A DNA stretch of 63,996 bases, filler included, from Asterionella formosa (Eukaryota), in the NCBI GenBank assembly GCA_002256025.1. It is 14 parts of 14 records of this genome, joined end to end, with 100 filler letters (N's around TTAATTAATTAA, not from the genome) between each part and the next. Parts side by side here need not be neighbours in the genome. Positions count along the whole stretch, not along the records: positions 23,037 to 45,964 come from NKIB01002578.1; positions 46,065 to 47,469 come from NKIB01002596.1; 12 more parts are not named here. One strand, 5' to 3'. The notes beneath the pieces are model-generated. The model did no database searches, was not told the origin of the DNA, and saw nothing but the letters and a program-made list of their open reading frames with translations. Shown here in pieces: positions 35,794 through 47,569 of the stretch (position 1 is the first letter of the stretch; every line of letters begins with the position of its first letter). Made by a program: the position numbers and the translations under genes.

Positions 35794-37542
35794 ATGCATC
35801 GATCCATAGGTGTGTCTTGCGCTCTGCTTGGTTCGGCGGCCGCCTTTTCTGGTGGGCCTAGAAATGTCTTGTTGGAGGAAACGCCCAACGACAAGAAAAC
35901 GGACCAAGTTCCCTTTGACCTTACCAAGGAGTGGAGTCGAAGCAATGGTTCAGAGTTTCTAAAGAATCTAATCGTTACAGATAAATGCAAACCCACGAAG
36001 GAACAAGAACCGGGCATGGTAAATCCACTGTTGGACTGGGTGGCCCAGAAACTAACTCCAGTTGATGATGAAGTTATTGATAGCAATAATGAAAGCTTTC
36101 TGTCGACTATCAAAGGTTTTACTTCATTATTGGTTGGAACGGGTAAGTAATGACTTGATGCTGTTCATCCATTGTGGCGTGCTAGTATCCCCGAAAGGAT
36201 AATCCCAACTCACCCAACGGCCTTAGACGAATCGAAGGGAGAAGCATTGCAAAATCTCATTCAACGAGCAAGGTCGGCCTCCAATGGTGACCAGCAAGGT
36301 GATATTCGAGATTCTCAGAGCTGGAATGAAATTTTGGCTGTCCTGCGACAGGATTTGGATGTTGTGAGTCAGTCACTTTCAGGACCGATGGGTCAAATCA
36401 ATTTGAGTCAGCTCTTTCCTACGAGCTTGTTTTATTATTTGGAAAAGCAAGACGAGCAAAAGAATCCAAGTTGGAAGCGACGAATGCATCGATTTTGTCC
36501 AGGTATTAATATTGATGAAGTCAATTACCTGAATGATGCCTTGTACCTTGCAGAATTGGCATATGAAACGACGGTGGACTCAATCAAGGCTGGTCTTGAC
36601 GATGCCAACGACCCCTTGGAGCTTGTCTATTGTACCATCGAAGGAGAATCATGCAGACCGGCACACTTTGTTGCACTCAAAAGGAACCAGTCTGTGTGGA
36701 GCTCGGCATTGGAAGTTGTCATGGTCGTTCGAGGTACGTCCTCTATAACGGACGCCATTACTGACGCCATGTGTAACCCTGTCGACTACCGCGGGGGAAA
36801 GGCACACGCCGGAATTCTGGAGAGTGGCAAGTACTTGGCAGTGACGCATGTGGAACTATTGGAGAATCTTCGACGAATGTCGGGAAAACGAAAGGTAAAA
36901 CTAACATTGGTGGGACATTCTCTTGGGGCTGGTGCGGCGGCTATTGCAGGCATGGAATTGAAAGCATGTCAAAGTAATTTTGATGTGAAAGTGATTGGCT
37001 TTGGATGTCCTGCCTTGTTGTCGGAAGACCTATCCAAGGCCGTATCAAGCTACATGACTACTGTTATTGGTGACTCTGACTTGGTACCTCGAATGAGTGG
37101 AGCTACTATTGGAAATTTATTGCTGGACATTCAAGAATACAACTATGTACCTAATGCGAGAAGGGACATTGAACAAGCATTCGATGAATTAGAATATGTC
37201 TCCCCAGGTATTCTTTCTAAAGGTTTCGTGGATGGACTCATGCATACTGTGGATTCTCTTTTTGAGAATATCGTCGATCCAACAATAAAGCCAGCAACAG
37301 TAGAACGGAGTGTGCCGGTTCTCTTTCCTCCTGGAAGGTGTGTGCATTTCTATCGCGATGGGTATGGCGTGACTGGGAGCGTAACACCATGTAAACTTTT
37401 CAGCGAAATTGACCTCAGTCGAAGAATGATTGACGACCACCTCATCACTCCTGGGTACCGGCAGATCTTCCTCGACTTGATGCGTCAATACCATAACGAC
37501 CAACATTTTTCTTTTAGTGAGGTCAGACCCGGAAAGAATTGA
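35794..37542 (+). CDS. Class 3 lipase, probably plastid-targeted; 2 exons (35794-36142, 36227-37542)
   Basis: VRGT, AHAGIL, VGHSLGAG, FGCP, DLVPR, DDH; GT-AG intron 36143-36226 in frame; signal peptide ending AAA-FSG. Confidence 0.92.
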
Positions 37543-37585
37543 GGCTACAGAGAATCAGTTTCAGTTAAGTAAAAAATAACTAGAG

Positions 37586-38872
37586 TTATGTAAAGGCAAC
37601 CGGTGTAGTACCTTCACTTTTTATGCGTGTCCTCTTGAAGACCATACTAGCTCTTGCCGCCTCGTCATTCTTATCATCAGCAGTTTTGACAGTGTGTTGA
37701 AACCTGATTTGGCAATCATTCAGCATTTCTGTCACATCACCCTCCATTACGACAAAGTTGTGAGGTTGTTGTTGTTGCTGCTGTTTTCTTTGGTGACGTG
37801 AAGTTGGTTGATGGATTGATTTATCGCTCTCTGAGGGAATATCACGAAATGCAAATTTTCTAGTAGCTCCCACACTCACCACCACAGTAGCATAATCCCA
37901 TAAAGTCCCTTGATCGGGATCACTATGATATCTCATCCCACTACCACCATCGGGATACAAATTCAATAGACAGCCATTATAATATTGCCCTGTCCGTGTT
38001 ACTAGACAATCTCGAACAGCTTGGACGAGGGGTGACCACGATCGAGTAGGCATGGACTTTCCAGAATAAGAAAATGGAAAAACACCTTCGTCACCTTCCC
38101 ATGCAGTTTTTCGACGCTCAGCAACAATTTCATTGGACATTGTTTTGATCTGATCCACGGAGAAGTCCACTTGATTTACCAAATTAGGTATGCTTAACTC
38201 TGGTACGTCATTCTTGAGACAAGCTGGAATAATTCGAAATGGAATCTTGAGGTCTTCATACCGCTTGTGCAACACTGTGGGAAGGGTTAATTCTTGCATG
38301 TGAAGTGCAAAAGTGTCATACGCCCACTTTATTCCAGTCAATTGATGAGATACTAGTTCGGTATGAATCTTCAATGCTTGCTCCTCCCAACTTGCCAGTA
38401 GAGGTGACCATAAACCTGAGGAAGACGTTTCGGGGAGTACACGTGAAATTATTGAAGCAGCCTTAAGTCCGTCCACGGCGGATTCCAGCTGCAAGGGGGT
38501 CCACGGGATAGTGATACCAGTGGGTTCCATCATCGAACGATTCGCCAGGACCGAGCATGTCTGTTTCCAAGCCTTTTCATTGTTGCTATTCCATGCTTCA
38601 CGTTTCCATTGTGATCCATCATGCTGCGCATAATGGTTTTGGTTGTCTAGGGAAATGATTTGTTTTGCCAATCGAACTAACACAAGAGACGCTATAGAGC
38701 CATCTGGATCCGTTTGTGGGGACAGTTCGCAAGCTACACGTTGCAATACATCTTGAGGTGAAAGGCACTGCTGCAATGCAAATTTGAGAGATTGTTGCTG
38801 TTGCGAGCTGCTGCTGAGCGCCTCTGCCGAGCTAACCAGAGAAGCTAGCACTGTGACAAAAGCGACTCTCAT
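37586..38872 (-). CDS. AlkB-family 2OG-Fe(II) dioxygenase with N-terminal presequence
   Basis: YNGCLLNLYPDG, YHSD (HxD), VSVGATRKF, FQH, RASMVFK. Confidence 0.88.
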   Translation of the reverse strand: MRVAFVTVLASLVSSAEALSSSSQQQQSLKFALQQCLSPQDVLQRVACELSPQTDPDGSIASLVLVRLAKQIISLDNQNHYAQHDGSQWKREAWNSNNEKAWKQTCSVLANRSMMEPTGITIPWTPLQLESAVDGLKAASIISRVLPETSSSGLWSPLLASWEEQALKIHTELVSHQLTGIKWAYDTFALHMQELTLPTVLHKRYEDLKIPFRIIPACLKNDVPELSIPNLVNQVDFSVDQIKTMSNEIVAERRKTAWEGDEGVFPFSYSGKSMPTRSWSPLVQAVRDCLVTRTGQYYNGCLLNLYPDGGSGMRYHSDPDQGTLWDYATVVVSVGATRKFAFRDIPSESDKSIHQPTSRHQRKQQQQQQPHNFVVMEGDVTEMLNDCQIRFQHTVKTADDKNDEAARASMVFKRTRIKSEGTTPVAFT

Positions 38873-39379
38873 CTTTGATCATTGGTCAAAGAGTGGGTTG
38901 TTGGTGGAATGATGTCGGTTATTGTTGAAGGGGACCAGGCAGTCTGTTATCAAAGTGCATACCAGTAGTACTGGTACCAGGTACCATATCATAATAAATC
39001 GAAAATATTAACACGTCTCGCTGAATCACGAGAGAAAGAACTTGCTTGCTTGCTGGTATTTCGGCATGGTGAGCTGTGCATACCGGAATATTACGGGACA
39101 CAAAGATGCTACCAGGTACCTGGTGCTGGCACTCCGAGTACTAGGTACGGCCAAGTACTACCAGTTGCTCTCATGTGCAGGACCAGTACGGTCCAATCCA
39201 GAGCAAATACCGGTATGCCTGAGAGATCTCCACATACCGGTTTGCCCAAGGTTCAAAGGTACCGGTAGATACATAATAGGCAGTATAGCTTGTTCCATAC
39301 ATAGACAGATCGAGGGATATGTATCATGACGAGATAAAAGTTGAGAGGGGTGGATAACTTCATTTATTTATTGAAATGC

Positions 39380-40930
39380 CTATCTCTCGCCATAATTGGA
39401 AGCAATACCACTGTCTCCAGACTTGGCAGCGTGCACTTGTGTTTCACCAAGAGCAACGTCAAGACCTTGGAATTCCCGTTGCTTCAAAAATTCTGCTGCT
39501 TTGGATTGATGAACAATTATCTGTCCCTTTCCAGGAAGTGCCTTCAAATCGATTTCTCCGTGCGTTTTCGTGTCCATGTATGTTCCGGTGGCTAATGAAA
39601 AGTACGGTGCATCAGCATCAGCATCAGCCTCATCATTATTGATCGTACTGGTACCATCCTGACTCATATATAGTCCCAGAAAGTCATTATAATCCAATGA
39701 ATATACCCCCCACTCTGTGTTCCCAAGTGCGATATGTAATTCAAGAGGTGTAATGACTGGAACATGTAGGTCGCGTTCGTCGTCCAAAAGAGAATTTTCA
39801 CCACAAGCAACAAGGACGTAACAATCAATCTCAGCGAAATTTGCAAGTTTGGCAGCATTTATTTTACCAACGGCGAATGTATACGATGCTTTTCCTGCAT
39901 CTTGAATGACTTGTCGTAACGAGGACACTACCGAGGTAAAATTCTGTTGAGACAAAGTTCCCACCAAAATACCAAAACAAGATGCGTCGCGAGCCTTTTG
40001 AGTCAAAAAGAATCTTCTTTGGAGTTTTCGCTGCAAACCTGATGGTAATGATGTTTCCATGGATTGATCCTTGGGAGAATACGACCAAAAGGAAGTTGGA
40101 CCATTCGGTAATGTTATGAAGCGGAGCATAGTGTTTACGTATTGTCGACTGGATGAAGCTGCATCAACAATGAACACCAAGGTGTATGTAGATAGGTCCA
40201 CAGTAGCAGGGACTTGCAGTCCTCCCACCAATATATAGTCCGGTACCAATACTTCGCCTTGTCGTTCCCGAGACCCATCGGCAAAACAACAAGGCTGGGG
40301 AATTTGCCCTTTTAATACCATCACATCTCCTCGTTCAATCAATTGCTCCTGCAATTTTTCCATGGCATGGTGATATCTGACTTCATACAACAAAATTATT
40401 TTTCTAACCTGCTTCTCCTTTGCTTCTTCTAAAACGGTCGCGACACAAGCATCCACATCCATGTCAGTAATACCAAAACTGTACAAAACTGGCAATTGTT
40501 GCGCTGGACTTAAACAGGCATGTCCATAATGGACCAACACATGAGCCGTTAAATGCAAGGCAGCTACTTCGTCCGGACAACAAGATCCGAATGTTGTGTC
40601 TCCTAGAACAAACACCAGCGACGGCTTCGAACTATTAAGCTGTCGAAGTGCCTCTTCCATGGCCCAGCAAACATCTGGAGCGTCGGACAATAAATGATCT
40701 GGAAATTGAAGTGCCACTCGACATGCCCAGCCATCTTCGTCATTGTTATTCGATGCGAGTTGGATGATCTGTTGGGAAATGCGATGGACTTCGTAGTACT
40801 CCTCGACAGATCGATGGCCTCGAGGGGAAACGGCTATTAGACCAGCATCGTATTCATTTGATGTGTTGATAATGCGCGAACCATCATCAAACATCAGCTG
40901 AGGTGGCGGTGTGTTTCGTTCTGATGACAT
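39380..40930 (-). CDS. DPH2: Diphthamide biosynthesis protein 2
   Basis: VALQFPD, LGDTTFGSCCPDEVAA, VHYGHACLS, GKINAAKLANF, VACGENS, PVITPLE, C-terminal SGIASNY. Confidence 0.93.
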   Translation of the reverse strand: MSSERNTPPPQLMFDDGSRIINTSNEYDAGLIAVSPRGHRSVEEYYEVHRISQQIIQLASNNNDEDGWACRVALQFPDHLLSDAPDVCWAMEEALRQLNSSKPSLVFVLGDTTFGSCCPDEVAALHLTAHVLVHYGHACLSPAQQLPVLYSFGITDMDVDACVATVLEEAKEKQVRKIILLYEVRYHHAMEKLQEQLIERGDVMVLKGQIPQPCCFADGSRERQGEVLVPDYILVGGLQVPATVDLSTYTLVFIVDAASSSRQYVNTMLRFITLPNGPTSFWSYSPKDQSMETSLPSGLQRKLQRRFFLTQKARDASCFGILVGTLSQQNFTSVVSSLRQVIQDAGKASYTFAVGKINAAKLANFAEIDCYVLVACGENSLLDDERDLHVPVITPLELHIALGNTEWGVYSLDYNDFLGLYMSQDGTSTINNDEADADADAPYFSLATGTYMDTKTHGEIDLKALPGKGQIIVHQSKAAEFLKQREFQGLDVALGETQVHAAKSGDSGIASNYGER

Positions 40931-41231
40931 GCGTGATGTTTGTGGATGACAAACGGGGAACCTGTTACGGTTTATAGGATAAAGGAGTTGGAATGTTCAT
41001 CAATTCCAGCTTGCTTATTTCATCAATTATACCGGTACCGATAGTCTTCTATCACAGAGCATTTATTGTGCCAGTGGTACCAGGTACCTTACCACAAATG
41101 GAAAATTAATTCTACCCCCACACCATTTTTAGCCGTAGTGGAAGCTAGTGCACTAGGTAATAGTTTACTAGAATGACGTACAAAGCATGTACTGGGATAT
41201 GGTGTAGATGATCATTTTTGGCTTGGTGGTA

Positions 41232-41553
41232 CCTGTTACCTGTTACCTGTTACCTGTTACCTGTTACCTGTTACCTGTTACCTGTTACCTGTTACCTGTT
41301 ACCTGTTACCTGTTACCTGTTACCTGTTCCCTGTTCCCTGTTCCCTGTTCCCTGGTCCCTGTTCCCTGTTCCCTGGTCCCTGGTCCCTGGTCCCTGGTCC
41401 CTGGTCCCTGGTCCCTGGTCCCTGGTCCCTGGTCCCTGGTCCCTGGTCCCTGGTCCCTGGTCCCTGGTCCCTGGTCCCTGGTCCCTGGTCCCTGGTCCCT
41501 GGTCCCTGGTCCCTGGTCCCTGGTACCTGGTACCTGGTACCTGGTACCAGGTA
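41232..41553 (+). repeat. 7-bp tandem array, 46 units, with ordered variants
   Basis: CCTGTTA x13, then 7 mixed CCTGTTC/CCTGGTC units, CCTGGTC x21, CCTGGTA x4, CCAGGTA x1. Confidence 0.97.
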
Positions 41554-42336
41554 CTACATGTCAACTCTCGCCTGTGGTATATAAATAGCCACAGTATACC
41601 GGTTTATGCACGCTATCATTCAATGCGAAAATAGTTTTACTGATTCTTTATTTGCTAATAGTTGATTAATAAATGAGTGAGCTTAATGTAAATTTGGATG
41701 AATAGTTTTGAAACATCCAAATCCATCATGCATGTTTCAAAAAGTATAGGTGATCTTTGGAGGCAAGGTTCATTTGCATTCTCAATTTGAAAAAAATCAT
41801 AAATGTAACTAGTTTTTTCTCGACCATTTCTTGATTTATTGGACATCTTTGTTGTAGCCTACTAAAAATTCAATCATTATTGGATACTACGGACAAGATG
41901 CTTCCTATATTCCCCTTATTAGAGACAAAAATAACATCTTCTGAAAAAATCCTCTTGCATGGTGGCACTCATTACATGGTCCTATGTCATTACTTGTCTT
42001 GAATTAACCAACAAAGTGTTTGTTGTTCGTGTTTTCAGGAATGCACAACTCAGGGTTATATGATAAGAAAGGAACATTGATGATGCACACCACCTTGACA
42101 TCACCTGATTTGGAATCAAGAACAATGCATTGCTTTGGGGTTCAACTTATCCAGGTATGCTGGTATATAATAGTTTGCAATAGATAAGTTTCAACATCAT
42201 CGCATTTAATATATTTTTGTTTGTTCAATATTACAGGAAGGTCCAGTAATCAGCACACTGCATATAGCGGTTTTAAGCTACTTCATTAGAAGTCTGACCG
42301 GCTTGCTCATTTCAAAATTATGAGATACTTCAACAT

Positions 42337-42452
42337 GCTGACTGCTGACTTGATTTGCTGAAAATTTGAAATATTCGCTGACTTGCTGACGTCATCTGCT
42401 GACTACTGACATGAAATCGCTGACTGCTAACTTCAACTTACTGACTGCTTAC
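42337..42452 (+). repeat. Cluster of (G)CTGAC(T) short direct repeats, possibly a transposon subterminal region
   Basis: Roughly ten CTGAC-like motifs within ~115 nt. Confidence 0.5.
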
Positions 42453-43702
42453 TTCAAGTTGTGTTTGACGATTAAATGACAACGCACCGGGTAACGTCTT
42501 AACGTTTATGCAAACAAGTATTTGAAGAAAACAGATTGGCCCAAAATTTAGGGGTCCGACATTTTTGGGGGATGCACCCCTGCCTTTTTTCGCATTCTTT
42601 GAGTCTTTAACAAGAAAACAAGCAGCTTGCGCGCTATTTGGGCTGAATATCGGACCTTCCATTACATATTTCTTATAAATATGATGCGTGCATGCACATA
42701 TCATACCGGTGAAAACATATGTACATATTAGGTCATCAGGTACAACGTTATATATTTGGATGTACCTACGACATTCTGTCGTTCAGTGTACATTTACAGG
42801 TCGTATGCAAAATACCTCTGTTAAGGATTCTACATACACTCCATTGTGAAACCTCAATATTCGTCGGGTTGCTTAATTGTCATAAAATTCAAGTTGGTAT
42901 CGGGGGCGCATATAAATACATAGCATTGCATTTACGGCATGTCTGGCCCCAATATATGTGTATTTCGGTACTAGGACCAGGACCAGGGCCAGGTATGGTA
43001 CCATCCATAACGTCGTGAGGAGGGGAGGTGGGCGGCGGGCTCCTGACCACATGTATGTAGGGGAAATATTCTAGAAAATTTCAATTTCAATTACCGGTAC
43101 TTGTCAACTCTCACGACTAATTCTCCTATCAAACAGGCGATGGGGAGAATACTGAACCTAATGTTGCAATTAGCGCTATCGAAGGGTACCACATAAAAGA
43201 AGTAATCACAAAGCAATATCCAACACAACTTGTTGGATGGGAAAAACTCGACATATTCCAGACAAGGATTACCCACTCAAGGATGACCGAAATACACGCT
43301 GGTCATACAGGCCGCTAGTACCAGGCGCCTGCATGTCACAAGACAGACCTCGCAGGAATACACCTAACGGTTTCCCCGTTGAGCATACGCCTGAGACACC
43401 CTGACATATACCCAGAATTTACCAGTCCCCCCACGGTGGTAACCATGCCAGATGCCACCGTGAAAACGCTTCTCCATTGCAACAATAACGACCGGTTCTG
43501 CCAGTGATCTTCATCACTCAGTCCATTTTGGGCTGTACCATGTATTCCGATTCGCAACCCACTGTCTTCCTATTCCGTTTTGGAAAAGAACAGTAGTCAT
43601 TGAACCTTGTTCTGTATCAAACATCACTTAATATCGCTCTCAAGCAATGTTCTAATAGATATAACAGAAACAATTTAATATAAAACACTCCTGCTCAGTC
43701 AG

Positions 43703-45964
43703 ATGTTAGAAATGGCCCTTGCTGATGGCGGCGCCTCAGTACACTCAAGGAAGTTCCCCGGGGATGGGCGGTCTGCATATTTGAGCATGCATTCTCAATA
43801 TCAGAGTACTTCCAAAAATGAAACCAGGGTTCAAGAAGTGAGGAACAAACTCAAAACGTTACAGTATAGGGCAACGAAAAACTTCCCCTGGGATAAGTTC
43901 AGCAACACCTTGTTGAGTTATCACCAAGAACTTGAAAGCATGAAGGCTGGAGTGGACAAGCATACCCAAGTTCGTGATCTTGTCAGCATGATCCTCCATG
44001 AAAAGACCAAGGGCATAGCAGCTGAGATTGTTGCTACTGACAAAAAGGCGAAGAAAAGTCTTCGTCATGCCTTGGCCAAGATTGGAGAACGCATGGCGCT
44101 ACTTGGCACATTAACTCAGACGGGTGATGATGGTCAAAATAGCACTCCAAATCGGCAAATCAAGAAACTAAAGTCAAAAATCAAAGCATTGAAAAGAAAG
44201 GATTCCGAGAAAGGAAGAGGGATAGGCGATAAGAAACAACAGAGCGAGAACAATTATATTCCAGATAATGTAATTGAGGCAGTGAAGAAAGCTGGAGGGA
44301 AATTCGGGAGCAAATATGTGAGCTATCTGCTCAGGGGTCGAAATAAAGAGGAAGGCCGTGTTGTTAAATCGGTATCGAGTGAAGGACATGACAATGAGCG
44401 AGCCGATTCTGAAGATGATGCGACTGAAGGTCCCAGCCACATGCCAAGTGACGCTGCTTCCGCATCATTCGGCCGCGACTCTTGGAATAGGCATTCTGAG
44501 AACCCAACCAAAAAGCAAAAGGTCAGCTCAACAAGCAGCACCCGTAGGGAGCTCGCTGGTGTGGTGACTCACTGTAAAGTGGGCTACAAGGTTGGAAAGG
44601 CACTAGTCATACAGCATCCTAATGACTTTAAGGTCACAGCTCGTCTGGAAGTGGATTCCAGAGCCGACACATGTTGTTTTGGGAAAACATTCCGCCTACT
44701 AGAGCAAAGCGATCGAGTGGCAGATGTTCAGGGCTTCTCTGGGGAGCTAGGATCCTTTTCAGATGTTCCAATTGGCACATGTGCAACAGCACTTGACCTA
44801 ACAGGGCTACAGGAAACCATCATTGGTGTCTGGAACGAAGGCCTTTACTTTGGCAAGCGTTTAGACGATTCACTCCTCAACCCTAATCAGTGTCGAGCAT
44901 ATGGTATTGTAGTCGACACCTGCCCCAAGCAATATTCCCAAGGAAAATCTTTGCATGGAATTTATGTTCCAGAACAAGACCTTTTCTTCCCATTTAAGAT
45001 GCATGGATGCATCAGCTATCTCACTACTCGCCTCCCTACCGATGATGAATTAGTCAACTGTCGGCACGTCACATTTACTTCCGATGCAGCATGGGACCCT
45101 TAATCGCAGTCCTTTGCCAACCTTGAGAAGGTTTATGAAAATGTTGCTCGTGGAGATACAACTGGGGAGTTCTTTAGCACACATGGCGACATTGTGCACT
45201 GTGTTGGAGCCACTTCCAGCACAGATCGCCGCTCAACTGTGGATGCAGCCACACTGGCCCGACGATGGGGGACAAGTTTGGCAACTGCAGCGAGTACCCT
45301 GCAGGCATCTACAACAAGAGCAGTTCGGTTTTACCCACAAATGGAAGAGCTCTCCCGCCGGTTTCGTACGCGTCAAGGACAGCTACGATACCCTCACCTT
45401 CGTACTAGGTGGTACACTGATACCATGTTTCCCAAGGACAAGGTGAAGTCGGTGAGGGGACACACATGTGCACAACTTTTCTGTAATGATCAGTGTTGGG
45501 CCAAGGTGTATCCAATGCGCTCTGAGGCAGATTGTGGGGATAGATTCAATGCGGCCATCCGGCAATATGGGATTCCAGAACTAGGTATCCACTCAGACAA
45601 TGCAGCTGCGGAAACGGGGGACTTCACAGAGTTCGAGAGAGTCCGGAAGATCCACTTAGTTCCTCGCACAACAACAGAGCCTCACAGCCCCTGGATGAAC
45701 AGAGCTGAGAGCGAGATTGGACAATTCAAGACGCATTGGCGTCGTATCATGAATAGGTACAGATGTCCAGACATGCTGTGGTGTTTTGCAGCGGAATATA
45801 CCTCCAACATCCGTGAGCTCATGTCTAGACCTGCACTTGAGGGTCGATCTCCATATGAAGTAATGACAGGTGAGACTCCTGATATTTCGGAGTATACAGA
45901 TTTCGATTTCTATCAGTTTGTGATTTACTATGATCCCAATGATATGGACGAGAGTGGCCTGGCC
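43703..45964 (+). mobile_element. CoDi-like Ty1/copia element: gag 3' part, protease, integrase (one in-frame stop at 45101-45103; cut by contig end)
   Basis: Protease EVDSRADTCC, SLLNPNQ; pre-integrase LARRWG; integrase YTDTMF, HSDNA, PHSPWMNRAESEIG, TGETPDISEY; ORFs 43703 and 45194 share a frame. Confidence 0.92.
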
Positions 45965-46495
45965 NNNNNNNNNNNNNNNNNNNNNNNNNNNNNNNNNNNN
46001 NNNNNNNNTTAATTAATTAANNNNNNNNNNNNNNNNNNNNNNNNNNNNNNNNNNNNNNNNNNNNAAGGATAAGAAGCATCTTGACGTCTAATTGCACGCA
46101 ACTTTGGTCAATGCGGTGGAGGTGCTCTACATGATGCGCTAATACTACCGGCACACTACTAGCTCGTACCATGTCGGAATAATAAGACATAGACAATGCT
46201 AGAAACATGCAATGACTTGATGGACTTACCGGTAATAAAAATGTAATGACTTTGAATACCGGTACCAAGTATATATTATTTGCGCATGAACTATTGGACA
46301 TTGGGAAGCAACCCTTGTACACTGGTAGCTGGTACCAGGTCCCGGGTTTATTGGCATGCACATATTCGGTCTGCACTTTTCGAATTCACGATTGCCCCCC
46401 ATCATAAAAGGTGCTAAGGGAGCCAAACCCGGCAAACCCCAGCATGACGAAAATTGATTTCAATCAAGTTGTCACAAACTGAAAGCGCAAGTACC

Positions 46496-47469
46496 ATGGA
46501 TCCTTATGAAGCATATTCGTACAATTATGCCAGGCGAAGCGACGGTAGTTCCTCGAGCTCGTCAGATTCAAGTCGCAGCAGCCCTTCTTTGTCGGATCAA
46601 ACGTCGAGTTCGCCAGCGTCCCAGAGTGAAACTCCTTCTTCTAGCAACAACAGTAACCGTAGCAGCAGTGAATCAGAAACCAGCTCTGGAAGTGAAGCTG
46701 CAGTCATGTCATTAGTTGAAGAAGAAAGCACTGAATCGGATTTTTCGGAGTCTCAGTCACAAGACACTTCGGAAAGCGAATCGCAAAGTGAATCGGGGTC
46801 AGAATCATCGAGCCCTTCCGAGTCATACTCTGAGCTTGGCGAAGGTGATGAAAAAATTCGCGCTCAAGCAGAGAGAAATAAACCACAAGTTGTACCTGCT
46901 ATTGTTACCAGTCGGTCAGCTTCAACGTCCCAACGACAGACCCAGTCTAGCTCCACGTTGTCCAACAGTGCAATGGATAGTCAATCAGACAATTCTTCAG
47001 AAATTATGGTGGAAAGTGAGTCAGAATCTTCCAGTTTACTCGAGTCTTCTAGTGATGAAAGCACGATGGAAAGTGAGTTAGAACCTTCTAGTACATCTGA
47101 GTCTGCAAGCGCTGAAGGATCGGAAAGCCCTCCACAAAGTGGTGCTCGAATGGGAGGCACACATGTACGTAGCAAAACGAGAAATCTGCCCGCCATCTTG
47201 GACCGCCCTCCTAAAGCTAGTGATAACAATCAGGCCAAGCGAAGTTCGCAGCAGCTATTTCTAGCAAGCAATCAAGGCCCATTAGTTGGTGTTCCTCTCC
47301 GCCGAGCTCAATCTCTCACAACGACTGTATCGTCTCTTAGTGGTTCACAGTTAACGAAGCGCATTTACGACCACAATACTGCTGAAGAAGATTTGTTTAC
47401 GATAGCGCCAATCAACATAGGTACTCGGCTTAAACGCAAGGGTCAAGAATATGATATACTGCATGAGCT
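46496..47469 (+). CDS. Ser/Glu-rich low-complexity protein, N-terminal fragment
   Basis: Open frame from MDPYEAY to the contig end; no domain recognised. Confidence 0.6.
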
Positions 47470-47569
47470 NNNNNNNNNNNNNNNNNNNNNNNNNNNNNNN
47501 NNNNNNNNNNNNNTTAATTAATTAANNNNNNNNNNNNNNNNNNNNNNNNNNNNNNNNNNNNNNNNNNNN

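Noticed and set aside
41232..41553. CRISPR array or telomere
   Set aside because: No spacers or cas genes; the unit is not TTAGGG-like and the array is internal to a contig.
41208..41634. ORFs encoding LLPVTCY / LVPGPWS repeats
   Set aside because: Translations of the 7-bp array; all VPGT/YQVP-type ORFs in the window derive from the same motif.
45101..45103. Programmed stop readthrough between protease and integrase
   Set aside because: TAA in a TCG context is not a known readthrough signal, and copia pol is normally one frame; a point mutation is simpler.
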